A stretch of DNA of 49,052 bases, taken from Acidobacteriaceae bacterium. GTDB taxonomy: Bacteria > Acidobacteriota > Terriglobia > Terriglobales > Acidobacteriaceae. Made by a program: the position numbers and the translations under genes. Position 1 is the first letter of the stretch; each line of letters starts with the position of its first letter. Under the pieces are notes generated by a model, which ran no database searches, had not been told where the DNA came from, and worked only from the letters and a program-made list of their open reading frames with translations. The stretch is taken from NCBI GenBank assembly GCA_025462925.1, contig JAOAPL010000108.1, forward strand, positions 1 to 49,052. The letters are read 5' to 3'. This document shows, one piece after another, positions 36,065 through 46,997 of this stretch.

Positions 36065-37330
36065 ATGGCCATCATGTCAATCTCGCAAGCTCGGGAGAAT
36101 CTCTACGTGGCCCTGGAGACTCTGCGCTCGCGAAAAGTGCGCTCTGCGTTGACGGTGATCGGCATCGTGATCGGCGTTGCATCGGTGATCTCAGTAGCCG
36201 CCATCATCCAGGGCTTGAACAAATTTGTCGCGGACAGGGTTGCATCGCTCGGCTCGCGCACTTATTTTGTCTCGCGTTTCCCACCCGCCACTGATCCCGC
36301 CCGATGGCCTGAGAGTATCCGCATCCGCAAGTATTTTGACTACAACTACGCTGACCGCATTCTCGAAAGCTGTCCCGACGTGAAAACGATTACCACTTTC
36401 GGAACCCGCGGCTTCTTCTTCGGCGATAGCAATATCGTTACAAACGGCGCGCAGAGTGTGGAAAAGGTCATTGTTCGCGGTGCCGAGCCTCAGTACGCTC
36501 AGACTCTGCCCCTATTTTCAGTTGCTAATGGCCGCTTCGTCAGCGCCTTTGATGAAGAGCACGCCCGCCCCGTAGTCGTTTTGGGGGCAGCCATCAGCGA
36601 CTCGCTTTTCCCCACTTCCGACGCCCTTGGCAAAACCGTTCGCATCAACGGTAGCCTCTATGAAGTTATCGGGGTCTTCGAGCACGATCAAGGAATGTTC
36701 GTTGGACCGTCGGTAGATGATTTCGCCATCATCCCACTCAGCAATTTTCATAAGCGGTATCCCGACGCCAAAGAACTCATCATGGCCTACACCATAGCTT
36801 CTGACGTAAGCGTTCAGAAGGCTCAAGATGAAGTAGTGCAAGCCATGCGCAAGTTGCGACATGTACCCGCAGAGAAAGAGAACGACTTCGAGCTCAGTTC
36901 GCCGGATTTTCTCAGCAATCTTTGGAACCAGCTCACCGGAGCACTCGTGATCTTGACCACGGTGATCAGTTCGGTCGGCCTGATCGTAGGTGGCATTGGA
37001 GTTATGAACATCATGCTCATCTCCGTGACCGAGCGCACGCAGGAGATCGGTGTCCGCAAAGCGATTGGCGCCCGGAGGGCAGATATCCGCCTACAGTTCC
37101 TGCTGGAAGCAATCTTCCTCACGCTTCTCGGCGGCACCATAGGAATACTGATAGGCGCGGCTATTTCTGGGCTGGTGCGAATACTGGTGCCATCGGTCCC
37201 AGCAACTCTCTCTTATGTGTGGGTATCGATCGGATTTGCGATATCAGTGGGAGTAGGACTCTTCTTCGGATATTACCCCGCAAACCTGGCTGCAAACTTG
37301 GACCCCATCGTTTCGTTGCGATACGAATAA
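36065..37330 (+). CDS. MacB-type ABC permease, second paralogue
   Basis: Starts directly after the previous stop. LRSRKVRSALTVIGIVIGVASVI, ERTQEIGVRKAIGA, same architecture as the upstream gene. Confidence 0.8.
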   Translation: MAIMSISQARENLYVALETLRSRKVRSALTVIGIVIGVASVISVAAIIQGLNKFVADRVASLGSRTYFVSRFPPATDPARWPESIRIRKYFDYNYADRILESCPDVKTITTFGTRGFFFGDSNIVTNGAQSVEKVIVRGAEPQYAQTLPLFSVANGRFVSAFDEEHARPVVVLGAAISDSLFPTSDALGKTVRINGSLYEVIGVFEHDQGMFVGPSVDDFAIIPLSNFHKRYPDAKELIMAYTIASDVSVQKAQDEVVQAMRKLRHVPAEKENDFELSSPDFLSNLWNQLTGALVILTTVISSVGLIVGGIGVMNIMLISVTERTQEIGVRKAIGARRADIRLQFLLEAIFLTLLGGTIGILIGAAISGLVRILVPSVPATLSYVWVSIGFAISVGVGLFFGYYPANLAANLDPIVSLRYE

Positions 37331-37393
37331 ACTTCTAAGCGATTGGACAATCGAGTACCTCCCGCACCTAGTGTGAGGGCGATCTTGCTGTCA

Positions 37394-38377
37394 TTAGTAT
37401 CCTTTTTGCTTGTCCACGATACTCAACGGCGGCTCGCCAGCCAGATAGCGCCTTATGTTTTCTGAGATTTGTTCATAGTGGCGCGCCCAAAGTTTTTCCG
37501 TGACGGCGGCCGTGTGCGGAGTGATGAGCACATTCTCCAGCCGCCAGTATGGCGAATCCGCGGGAAGCGGTTCGTGCTCGAAGACATCCAGTCCGGCTCC
37601 TGCAATCTGGTTCTGCTTCAGCGCAGTAATCAGCGCAGCGTCATCGATCAACGGCCCGCGGCTGACGTTGATCAGATAGGCTTCCTTCTTCATCTGCCTC
37701 AGTCGCTCGGCATTGATGATATGGCGGGTCGCCGGAGTAAGTGGCGCGGCCAGCACGACGAACTCTGCCTGCGACAGCGCAAATTCCAGGTCGTCGGTGC
37801 TCAGGACCGAATCCGCTCCATCGCTTCCCTTTTCCGGATGCTCGCGTACGGCGACCACCCGCATCCCTAGCGCTCGCGCGCGCTTCGTGAATTCCCGGCC
37901 AATGCTGCCCATACCGATCAGGCAAACAGTAGAGTCTGCCAGCTCGCGCGTGGTCGGCTTCTCTTCCCAGATCGCTTGCTGTCCCCAGACTCGCGCCTGC
38001 TGCAATCGCATCGCCGACGGCAACCGTTTCGCCAACGCAAAGATCAGCGCCAGCGCATGTTCCGCGACGACCGGCCCATGAATCTCGCGCGCATTAGTCA
38101 CCAATACATCGCTGGCGACCATCTGAGGAAACATGAGTTGATGGACTGCTGCAGCCGGAGAGTGTACCCACTTCAGTTTTCGGGCATGAGCAAATTGTTT
38201 AGGACGGATTGACCATGCGATAGCCACCTCGGCATCGGCGATCTCTTCGGCTACGCCTTCGTATCCAGGCAAATGCACCAACTGGTGCTCAGGGAAATCT
38301 TTTCGAAGACGTTCAGCCAACCACTCGGGAGCATTCCAGAGGACAAAATCATGGTGCAGCGCAATCAGTATTTTCAT
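37394..38377 (-). CDS. D-isomer-specific 2-hydroxyacid dehydrogenase
   Basis: 327 aa. NAD fold GMGSIGREF, INVSRGPLIDDAAL, LDVFEHEPL, ITPHTAA. Confidence 0.9.
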   Translation of the reverse strand: MKILIALHHDFVLWNAPEWLAERLRKDFPEHQLVHLPGYEGVAEEIADAEVAIAWSIRPKQFAHARKLKWVHSPAAAVHQLMFPQMVASDVLVTNAREIHGPVVAEHALALIFALAKRLPSAMRLQQARVWGQQAIWEEKPTTRELADSTVCLIGMGSIGREFTKRARALGMRVVAVREHPEKGSDGADSVLSTDDLEFALSQAEFVVLAAPLTPATRHIINAERLRQMKKEAYLINVSRGPLIDDAALITALKQNQIAGAGLDVFEHEPLPADSPYWRLENVLITPHTAAVTEKLWARHYEQISENIRRYLAGEPPLSIVDKQKGY

Positions 38378-38427
38378 TGAGGTTGGCGCACCAGGTGGTT
38401 TGTTTTAAGGTGAGAACGGCCACTGCT

Positions 38428-38955
38428 TTACTTAAAACACTTTACCAGCGTGTTAGCGATTGCCACCAGCTTTTGCAAGTCTGGCGGACCGAAGTCATTG
38501 CCCGCGGAGGGAGCAGAGGTGCCTTTGCGGCAAACTTGGATCACTCCCAGCACTCCCGTCGGCGACACCACGGGTGCGGTCATGAGTTTCTGAATGATGT
38601 GCTTTTCTTCTTTGTGCAGACCCGGTTCCGGTTTCTTTCCTAACTCCACCGATTCAAAGACACTGGCATGTTTCGTTTGCGCGAAGTTATTAATCGCTTC
38701 AGCACGTTTTGTGCTGGCCGTCCGAGCAGCCACGGATGAACTGGTATTCAAGGGAATGCTGCCCACCTGGTGCAGCTTGGTCGGATGCATGAACACCAGC
38801 AATGTTTTTTCCAGCTTCATGATGGCGACTTCGTCAGCATGTACGGAAAAAGTCTTTGCCAATTCTGTGGCGATGCGCTCAGCATTGTGCGGATTCATTC
38901 CCTCCGCTTCACACTCCGTAGCCATCTGCGAAAATGCGAGTACTGGGGTCGCCAT
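38428..38955 (-). CDS. small stand-alone GAF-like domain protein
   Basis: ATG 38955 with GGAG 5 nt upstream; 175 aa. The pattern is consistent with a GAF fold (...VAIMKLEKTLLVFMHP...MTAPVVSPTGVLGVIQVCRKG...), but no diagnostic motif is present. Confidence 0.5.
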   Translation of the reverse strand: MATPVLAFSQMATECEAEGMNPHNAERIATELAKTFSVHADEVAIMKLEKTLLVFMHPTKLHQVGSIPLNTSSSVAARTASTKRAEAINNFAQTKHASVFESVELGKKPEPGLHKEEKHIIQKLMTAPVVSPTGVLGVIQVCRKGTSAPSAGNDFGPPDLQKLVAIANTLVKCFK

Positions 38956-39051
38956 GTCTTCTCCTGTGGAAACGATGTAAGGTGACAAAAATAGAGATGC
39001 TGGCCGCCTATTATAGCGGCAAGCCCTGAACTTTCAAATATCAACTAAGAG

Positions 39052-39780
39052 TCATTGCAGCCGCTTCAACAGCCCATTCGCCTTGCGAAACCATGGCCGT
39101 TCGCGCCGCCTCAAGTACGCCGGCATGGAATATTTCTTGTCCAGCAGCTTCTGCGTCCACTCACGCGCCTCTGCATTTCGTCCTTGGCTTTGCAGGAACA
39201 GCGCGTAATTGTAAAGGCTCTCAGAAATGGTAGAAGTCTGCGTCACAGCCGCGAAGAGTTCCGCCGCCTTCTCCGGTCGTCCCGTATTCGCGTAGGCATG
39301 TGCCAGCAATGCCTGTGCGCGGAGAAAGTCGTACTTCGGATCAGCTGCCACTACGTTTTCCAGGTCGCCGACTGCCACTGGAAAATCACCCATCTCGATC
39401 TCGCATATCGCACGCCGATAAAACGGATGCGGCGAATCCGTCCTCGACGAGATTGCCTTGTCATAGCACTCCCGCGCCCGCGCAAACTTGCCGTCTTCAA
39501 AGTACATATCCGCCAGCTCTTCATAATTCCCCGCCGATGGATTGTCGTGCACTATCTGCTGCAATTCACTGATCCGCTTCGCACGACTGAAGTGCTGGAA
39601 CGAATCGCGCAGAAGACCAAGATCCGGGATTACTTCAACAAAGATGTAAACCAGCGCGCCCAACCCTTGTCCGAGCAATATGATCCACAACCAAAAAAGA
39701 TTGGGACGGCGGCGGATGAAGTGGATCAGCGCAATCGCCACCAGGATGAAGCTCCAAGGATTGAGAAAGATTCCGAACAT
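39052..39780 (-). CDS. membrane protein: 2-TM PLDc_N-like N-terminus + TPR repeats
   Basis: ATG 39780. Helices FILVAIALIHFIRRRP / LFWLWIILLGQGLGALVYIFVE. At least three TPR-like units follow (AGNYEELADMYFEDGKFARARECYDKAI, etc.). Confidence 0.65.
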   Translation of the reverse strand: MFGIFLNPWSFILVAIALIHFIRRRPNLFWLWIILLGQGLGALVYIFVEVIPDLGLLRDSFQHFSRAKRISELQQIVHDNPSAGNYEELADMYFEDGKFARARECYDKAISSRTDSPHPFYRRAICEIEMGDFPVAVGDLENVVAADPKYDFLRAQALLAHAYANTGRPEKAAELFAAVTQTSTISESLYNYALFLQSQGRNAEAREWTQKLLDKKYSMPAYLRRRERPWFRKANGLLKRLQ

Positions 39781-39876
39781 TGCGAAGGAACGCAATATAG
39801 CACATGGCTTGATTGGCTCCCAGAATATGCGGCAGGCAGCCAGTCCGCAAAACAGCTCTGCTAAACTTGAAGCATC

Positions 39877-40731
39877 GTGACACTGCCCATCCGGCTTCTC
39901 GCCATCGATATCGATGGCACCTTGTTGAACTCGCAGTTCACAATCTCCGCACCCGATCTCGCTGCTTTGCGCCGCGTGAACGAGCTCGGAATCGAACTAC
40001 TTCTCTGCACCGGACGTCGCCATACCTTCGCACTCCCTATCTCTCAACAGCTAGGGTTCCACCACTGGCTCTGTTCGTCGAACGGCGCAGTCACTCGCTC
40101 CAGCAGCGGTGAATCTTTTCATCGCGAACTGCTGCCGGCTGAGACCGCCCGTTTGTTGATGGCGCATATGCAAGAGTTTCGTGGAGGCACCGTCCTCACC
40201 TTTGACAAAGAAACGCAGGGTGCATTGGTGGTCGAACGCACAGACGAACTCGCAACCAGCGTTGCCCGCTGGCTGCAAACGAACGCTCCATTCATTGCCC
40301 ATGTCACGCCAATTGAAGATTGCCTGACGACTGACCCTCTTCAGGCAATGTTTTGCGGCACCATCGAGCGCATGAAGAGAGTGGAAAGCGCTCTGCTCGA
40401 CTTCCCTCAATTGCAGAGTCTAACAGTGCTGAAGACGCAATATGACAATCGAGATCTCTGCCTGCTCGACGTTCTGAATCGCGATTGCTCCAAAGGGCAC
40501 GCCCTTGAGCGCTGGGCAGCGAGCCGCGGAATCCCAAAATCAGCGATTATGGCGATTGGTGACAACTATAATGATGTTGAAATGCTCGAAGTAGCTGGGC
40601 ACCCCGTGATTATGGGCAATGCCTGCGCTGAGTTGAAACAACGCGGATGGACTGAAACGCTATCCAACGATCAATGTGGAGTTTCAGCCGCACTGCAGCA
40701 GGTATTAGGAACAGAAGTGGTGGCACGCTAA
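39877..40731 (+). CDS. Cof-type HAD-IIB hydrolase
   Basis: GTG start. LLAIDIDGTLLNS (motif I), CTGR, GDNYNDVEML (motif IV). Confidence 0.85.
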   Translation: MTLPIRLLAIDIDGTLLNSQFTISAPDLAALRRVNELGIELLLCTGRRHTFALPISQQLGFHHWLCSSNGAVTRSSSGESFHRELLPAETARLLMAHMQEFRGGTVLTFDKETQGALVVERTDELATSVARWLQTNAPFIAHVTPIEDCLTTDPLQAMFCGTIERMKRVESALLDFPQLQSLTVLKTQYDNRDLCLLDVLNRDCSKGHALERWAASRGIPKSAIMAIGDNYNDVEMLEVAGHPVIMGNACAELKQRGWTETLSNDQCGVSAALQQVLGTEVVAR

Positions 40732-40732
40732 A

Positions 40733-41449
40733 TTGCGATCGATAAGACAAATCGTCATCTTCATTTTGCTAGGGGGCTCTGCCCTCGCCGCCGATGACGC
40801 ATTACTTCGCAACGGCTTTGCCATCCGTCACGACCATCGCGAACTCTTGCCGGACGGCCGCACCACACGCCTGTATATCTCCTCAGACAACAAGAACTTT
40901 GTCGACGTCCCCACAGAAAACATCGCCAGTTTCGAAGCCGTTCCAGTCGAAGCCGCACCGCCTACGGTGCCGGTTGCTGCAGCCAAATCTGAAACGCTCG
41001 GCGACATCGTTCGCGATGCCAGCGACAAGCACCTCATCGACGAAGACCTGATCCAAAGCGTCATTCGCGCCGAAAGCGATTCCAATCCAAAAGCCGTTTC
41101 CCGCAAAGGCGCGCAGGGCCTCATGCAACTCATGCCCGCTACCGCCCGCAACCTGGGCGTGACTAACTCCTTCGACTCCCGAGAAAACGTTGAGGCCGGC
41201 ACCCGATACCTCCACGAAATGCTCGTGAAATTCGATTTCGATCTCGCCAAAGCACTGGCCGCCTATAATGCCGGCCCGAATCGCGTTTCGCAATATAAGG
41301 GCGTGCCTCCTTATAATGAGACGCGGGCTTACGTTGCCCGGATCATCAAAGACTTCAATCGCAAAAAGCTGGCTGCTGCGTCAGCCAGCGCAAATGCCGC
41401 AAGAAAAGCTAAGAAAGCTACTGTCAAGGCCCCACCCTCAAAGACTTAG
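40733..41449 (+). CDS. lytic transglycosylase (SLT domain) with signal peptide
   Basis: TTG start 1 nt after the HAD stop. AESDSNPKAVSRKGAQGLMQLMPATA and AYNAGPNRV motifs. K/A-rich C-terminal tail. Confidence 0.8.
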   Translation: MRSIRQIVIFILLGGSALAADDALLRNGFAIRHDHRELLPDGRTTRLYISSDNKNFVDVPTENIASFEAVPVEAAPPTVPVAAAKSETLGDIVRDASDKHLIDEDLIQSVIRAESDSNPKAVSRKGAQGLMQLMPATARNLGVTNSFDSRENVEAGTRYLHEMLVKFDFDLAKALAAYNAGPNRVSQYKGVPPYNETRAYVARIIKDFNRKKLAAASASANAARKAKKATVKAPPSKT

Positions 41450-41496
41450 ACCGGCTACACGGTTTTCCGCCGGCACAGTTGGAATCTGCTCAACCT

Positions 41497-42519
41497 ATGA
41501 ACAAGAAGCGCATTGTGCTCACGATAGTCGTGATTCTGGTCTTGGCCGCACTGACCTACCTGCAGTTCCGCACATGGCGCAGCTTCAATTGGCATGTCTT
41601 CTTTGAGCAGACACGAGAGGCCAATCTCTGGCGCATCGCATCCGCCGTTCTCATCATCTATGGCGGCTATTTTCTGCGGGCATTGCGATGGCAAGTCATG
41701 CTTCGCCCCATCAAGAACGTGTCGTGGAGACACCTTATCTCTCCCACGTTTATCGGATTCACCGCGCTCGCCGTCCTGGGACGTCCCGGAGAATTGATTC
41801 GTCCGTATCTCATCGCGCGAAAAGAGAGACTTCCAGTTTCCTCGCAGATGGCGGTGTGGACCGTCGAACGAATCTTTGACATGGGATGCTTCGCCATCTT
41901 GGTGGCGCTTGACTTGATCTTCGCGCCGTCGCTTCAGGACCTGCCCTACTTTCGAGAATTCAGGCGCGCCGGATTTGTGCTCATCGGCTTAATCACTTCA
42001 GTTGGGATTGTTGCTTTTCTCATATGGCGCAACGGGCCCGGCATCGCCGCTTCGCTTGAACGCTGGCTGTCCCCAATCTCAACGACCATGGCAAAAAGCA
42101 TCGCTGGTAAGGTGCGTGCCTTCGGCAAGGGATTGCACACCATCCGCGATCTAAAATCCTTCGCGGAGTTGGTTGTCCTCTCGCTTGGACTCTGGCTTTC
42201 GATCGCCTTTGCCTATCTGCAAGTGACTCGTGCATATCCCGAACCGCTCCGGCATATGCAGCTCTCTCACATCATTCTGCTCATGGGATTCAGCATCGCA
42301 GGTTCTGCCGTTCAATTACCAGTGATCGGTGGCGGCTCACAATTGATGACGATTGTTGCGCTAGAGCATGTCTTTGAGATGCCACACGAATTAGCCCTGA
42401 GTTGTGGAATATTGCTTTGGCTAGTCACATTTGTATCTTCCAGCCCGATCGGACTCCTCATCGCGCGCCGAGAACACGTGAATCTGGTGAAGCTTTCCGA
42501 AGAAGCCGAACCCGCGTAG
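41497..42519 (+). CDS. flippase-like / lysyl-PG-synthase transmembrane-domain (UPF0104) protein
   Basis: ATG 41497 (MNKKRIVLTIVVILVLAAL). About 8 TM helices. FLRALRWQVML motif typical of the family. Confidence 0.65.
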   Translation: MNKKRIVLTIVVILVLAALTYLQFRTWRSFNWHVFFEQTREANLWRIASAVLIIYGGYFLRALRWQVMLRPIKNVSWRHLISPTFIGFTALAVLGRPGELIRPYLIARKERLPVSSQMAVWTVERIFDMGCFAILVALDLIFAPSLQDLPYFREFRRAGFVLIGLITSVGIVAFLIWRNGPGIAASLERWLSPISTTMAKSIAGKVRAFGKGLHTIRDLKSFAELVVLSLGLWLSIAFAYLQVTRAYPEPLRHMQLSHIILLMGFSIAGSAVQLPVIGGGSQLMTIVALEHVFEMPHELALSCGILLWLVTFVSSSPIGLLIARREHVNLVKLSEEAEPA

Positions 42520-42554
42520 TCCCTGCGTTCCATGGCACCTACCTTCTACACGCC

Positions 42555-42563
42555 TGTTACAAT
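42555..42563 (+). promoter_or_regulatory. candidate extended -10 promoter (TGtTACAAT) for nrdR
   Basis: TGTTACAAT lies 45 nt upstream of ATG 42608. No good -35, which extended -10 promoters can tolerate. Confidence 0.3.
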
Positions 42564-42607
42564 CTACTTTCGGAATAAAATTTGTTGCCTTTTCAAGATC
42601 GCCAGCC

Positions 42608-43093
42608 ATGAAGTGTCCCTTCTGTGGGTTCATGAATGACAAAGTAGTGGACTCCCGCGAGAGCAAGGAGGGCGAATCCATCCGCCGCCGACGGGAATGC
42701 CTGAAATGTGAGCGGCGTTTCACCAGCTATGAGCGCATCGATGAGATCCCCTACATGGTCATCAAGAAAGACGGCCGGCGCGAAAAATTCGAGCGACAAA
42801 AAGTTCTGGCCGGGGTGTTGCGCGCTTGTGAAAAGCGCCCCATCTCGATGGGAAAGATGGAGCAGCTTGTGAATGAAGTCGAATCCTACGTCATCGATTC
42901 GCCTGAGCGCGAGCGCACCGCCAGCGAAGTCGGTGGCATGATCATGAACGGACTCAAGCAGCTCGACAAAGTTGCCTACATCCGCTTTGCCTCTGTCTAT
43001 CGTGATTTCAAAGACGTAAGCGAATTTCGTGCCGAGCTGGAAGACCTGCTTAACGCCAAAGAAGGCAAGCCGGTTAAGGCAAAGAAGAACTGA
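42608..43093 (+). CDS. nrdR: transcriptional repressor NrdR
   Basis: MKCPFCG...CLKCERRFTSYE zinc ribbon followed by an ATP-cone (VIKKDGRREKFERQKV...AYIRFASVYRDF). Confidence 0.95.
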   Translation: MKCPFCGFMNDKVVDSRESKEGESIRRRRECLKCERRFTSYERIDEIPYMVIKKDGRREKFERQKVLAGVLRACEKRPISMGKMEQLVNEVESYVIDSPERERTASEVGGMIMNGLKQLDKVAYIRFASVYRDFKDVSEFRAELEDLLNAKEGKPVKAKKN

Positions 43094-43119
43094 ATTTCTA
43101 AAACCAAGAATTAGGAATC

Positions 43120-44180
<1,061 letters not shown>

Positions 44181-44181
<1 letters not shown>

Positions 44182-44939
44182 TGCATTTGCGATACGTTTT
44201 TCTTTTTGTACTTCTTCTTGCTGGCTGCTCCAGCACGAAACAGGAGACCGCGCAGCAATCGTCTCAACTCGCCACTCCGATCGATCCCGCCACGGTCGCC
44301 ACCGTCACCGGAACAATCACGTTCTCTGGTGACGCTCCAAAGCCCGAGAAGATTGACATGTCCCAGGATCCGGCATGCGTCATCGGCACCGAACCGAATT
44401 ACAGCCAATCATTCGCCGTCGATAAAGGCAGACTGCAAAATGTCTACGTGTATATAAAGGACGGCCTCGGCAATCGCGTTTTCGCCACTCCTTCCGAGGC
44501 TGCCACGCTTGACCAGCACGGTTGCCGATATGTCCCACACGTGATGGGTGTCATGCTCAACCAGAAGCTGCGGATCCTCAATAGCGACGTTGCCATGCAC
44601 AACATTCACCCTGCGGCTGAAGTAAACCAATCGTGGAACGTTTCGCAATCACCGAAGGGCGATCCGATCGAACAAAGCTTCTCCAAGCCCGAGCTGATGA
44701 TTCCCGTGAAATGCAATCAGCACCCGTGGATGAAGATGTACCTCAACGTCTCGCCGCATCCTTTCTTCTCCGTCAGCCAGAAAGATGGCACCTTTGAAAT
44801 TAAAGGCCTTCCGCCTGGCGAGTACACCATCGCCGCCGTTCACGAACGCATGGGCGAGAAGACGCAAAAGATTACCCTTGGCGCGAAGGAAACGAAGTCA
44901 GTCGATTTCGCATTCACCGCCGCTGATTCTGTTAAGTAG
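44181..44939 (+). CDS. lipoprotein with amicyanin-like type-1 copper (cupredoxin) site nested in a carboxypeptidase-regulatory-like fold
   Basis: Lipobox LLLAGC. Candidate Cu ligands in LNSDVAMHNIH and VKCNQHPWM (C-x2-H-x2-M as in amicyanin CTPHPFM). C-terminal DGTFEIKGLPPGEYTIAAVHE. The ATG overlaps the IDH stop (TAATG). Confidence 0.6.
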
Positions 44940-45036
44940 GGTTCACTTAGTTCCCCTCTGGCGCCCTCCGCGTCCTCTCCGGTCAACCCGCCTTTCCTCT
45001 GTTAAAATCTAGTGTTCCCCTTCATGTCGGGATTCA

Positions 45037-45996
45037 TTGGAGTTTCATCTGAAGTCGCCTCATACATCCGGATTGACTTACAACCCTGCTTACCATCGAT
45101 TCACTATCTTCCTCTCGGTCTGCGTTTTTCTGCTGATCGTTGCCGGCGCACTGGTCACCAGCAATGACGCGGGACTCGCCGTGCCCGATTGGCCCACCAG
45201 TTTCGGTTCGTTCTACAAAATTCCGCCGATGGTCGGCGGTGTGAAGTACGAGCACGGACACCGCATGATTGCGCAGTTCGTCGGATTTCTCACCATCATC
45301 CTCGCCATCTGGACGCAACGTTCCGACTGCCGCCCAGCGATCCGCAAGCTGGGCTGGTTCGCACTTGCTTTGGTCATCGCGCAGGGGATTCTCGGCGGAC
45401 TTACGGTGAAGATGTTGCTTCCCTGGTATGTCTCCACCGGGCACGCAATGCTCGCGCAAACATTTTTTTCTCTCACGATCCTGATGTCCATCTTCGCCAG
45501 CCGGCGTTGGATTGAGACTGAGCCGCAGCATTTTCAAGATATTGCTCCGGTTGGATTACGCACGCTGAGCCTTTTCGCTTTAGCCGCTGTCTACGTTCAA
45601 CTTTTTCTCGGTGGAGCATTCCGCCACGGCGGTATGCATTTCATTTACCACATCATCGGTGCAGGAGTTGCCACGGCGATCCTGCTCTGGACATCTATTC
45701 GCGCACTCACTGCCTTTCCGCAGGTTCGGCCAATCCGCGCCGCTGCGAGCGCGATACTCGGCTTGTTGGTGCTGCAACTCGTCCTCGGCTTTGGCGCATA
45801 TCTCACGCGGATCGAGTGGGGTAAAGATGCCGCCCAGCCGCGGATGAGCATGGTTCTAACTACGGTCGCGCACGTGGCCATCGGCGCGCTGCTGCTGGCG
45901 CATTGCTTCATGCTGAGCGTCCAGGCTTACCGTTATCTCAGTTCGCGCAGTCTTGCGCCAGCAGTAGCACCGGGCCCGAAGGTCGTGACTGCATGA
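45037..45996 (+). CDS. ctaA: haem A synthase (COX15/CtaA family)
   Basis: TTG start. 8 TM helices. ALVTSNDAGLAVPDWP, EHGHRMIAQ and FRHGGMHFIYH histidine motifs. Confidence 0.8.
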   Translation: MEFHLKSPHTSGLTYNPAYHRFTIFLSVCVFLLIVAGALVTSNDAGLAVPDWPTSFGSFYKIPPMVGGVKYEHGHRMIAQFVGFLTIILAIWTQRSDCRPAIRKLGWFALALVIAQGILGGLTVKMLLPWYVSTGHAMLAQTFFSLTILMSIFASRRWIETEPQHFQDIAPVGLRTLSLFALAAVYVQLFLGGAFRHGGMHFIYHIIGAGVATAILLWTSIRALTAFPQVRPIRAAASAILGLLVLQLVLGFGAYLTRIEWGKDAAQPRMSMVLTTVAHVAIGALLLAHCFMLSVQAYRYLSSRSLAPAVAPGPKVVTA

Positions 45997-46997
45997 CCAC
46001 TGCGCCGAAGACAGTTGCGGATCTGAAGAAGCAAAAGAATGTGGATGAGACCATTCGCGGCGTAGCACCGACTAAAACCGTCGGCGAAACTTACGCGCCC
46101 GATCCAGTCTCCAAATCCGCCGATCTTGCGGCTCTCTTCAAGTTGCGTGTGACATCGTTGATCGTGCTCTCTGCTTGGGCCGGCTACTACTTGGCGGCGA
46201 AGAAACATAATCTACCGCCACTGGGTTTGCGCCTGCTCGCAACGTTGATCGGCGTTGCACTTGTCGCTTGCGCTGCTTCTGCTTTCAACCAAGTCATTGA
46301 ACGCGATGCAGACGGACGCATGTCCCGCACTAAGAACCGTCCTTTGCCAACGAAGCGTATGACGGTTCGCCAAGCTTATACATTTGGCATTGCTGCCGGT
46401 TTACTCGGATGCATCTTGCTGAGTGTCACCACGAACGTACTCACTGGACTGCTCGCACTGGCGACAGCTCTCTCTTACATCTACGTGTACACGCCGCTAA
46501 AGCCCATTTCGCCGCATTCGACATTCGTCGGCGCATTTCCCGGAGCAATGCCCGCGCTGCTTGGATGGAGCGCCGCAACCGGAAAGGTCGAGTGGGAGGC
46601 TCTCGCGCTTTTCGCCATTGTCTTCTTTTGGCAGTTCCCTCACTTTCTAGCCATCGCGTGGCTTTATCGAGAAGACTATGAACGCGCTGGAATACGCATG
46701 TTGCCCGTTCTTGACCGCACCGGCAAAGCCACTGTCCGGCAGATTCTCGGCTACGGAGCAGCACTGATCCCGGTGAGTGTTATACCTGTGTACCTGGCGA
46801 TGTCAGGCAGAATTTACTTCTACGGCGCCATCGCATTAGGTATCGCCTACCTGGCGTTCGGAATCCGACTCTCTATGCTCAAGTTGCCGCCCTCTGCCGC
46901 GAATTCGAAGAAAGATGCGCGACAGCTTCTACAAGCCTCTGTCATTTACCTTCCACTTCTGCTTGCCTTGATGATGATCAACGGAGCGGGAAAGTGA
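45993..46997 (+). CDS. ctaB: protohaem IX farnesyltransferase (haem O synthase)
   Basis: ATG 45993 overlaps the ctaA stop (ATGA); the extension from 45903 is rejected. UbiA-family motifs NQVIERDADGRMSRTKNRPLP and YREDYERAGIRMLP. Confidence 0.9.
   Translation: MTTAPKTVADLKKQKNVDETIRGVAPTKTVGETYAPDPVSKSADLAALFKLRVTSLIVLSAWAGYYLAAKKHNLPPLGLRLLATLIGVALVACAASAFNQVIERDADGRMSRTKNRPLPTKRMTVRQAYTFGIAAGLLGCILLSVTTNVLTGLLALATALSYIYVYTPLKPISPHSTFVGAFPGAMPALLGWSAATGKVEWEALALFAIVFFWQFPHFLAIAWLYREDYERAGIRMLPVLDRTGKATVRQILGYGAALIPVSVIPVYLAMSGRIYFYGAIALGIAYLAFGIRLSMLKLPPSAANSKKDARQLLQASVIYLPLLLALMMINGAGK

Noticed and set aside
39055-39864. 269-aa ORF spanning the whole TPR gene on the opposite strand
   Set aside because: The minus-strand product has clear TM helices and TPR units. 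The plus-strand translation is Arg-rich and low-complexity-like with no SD or domain pattern, so it is a shadow ORF.
42608-43093. nrdR not adjacent to any ribonucleotide reductase gene
   Set aside because: NrdR is commonly encoded away from nrd operons, and I found no NrdR-box-like palindromes here. Not unusual.
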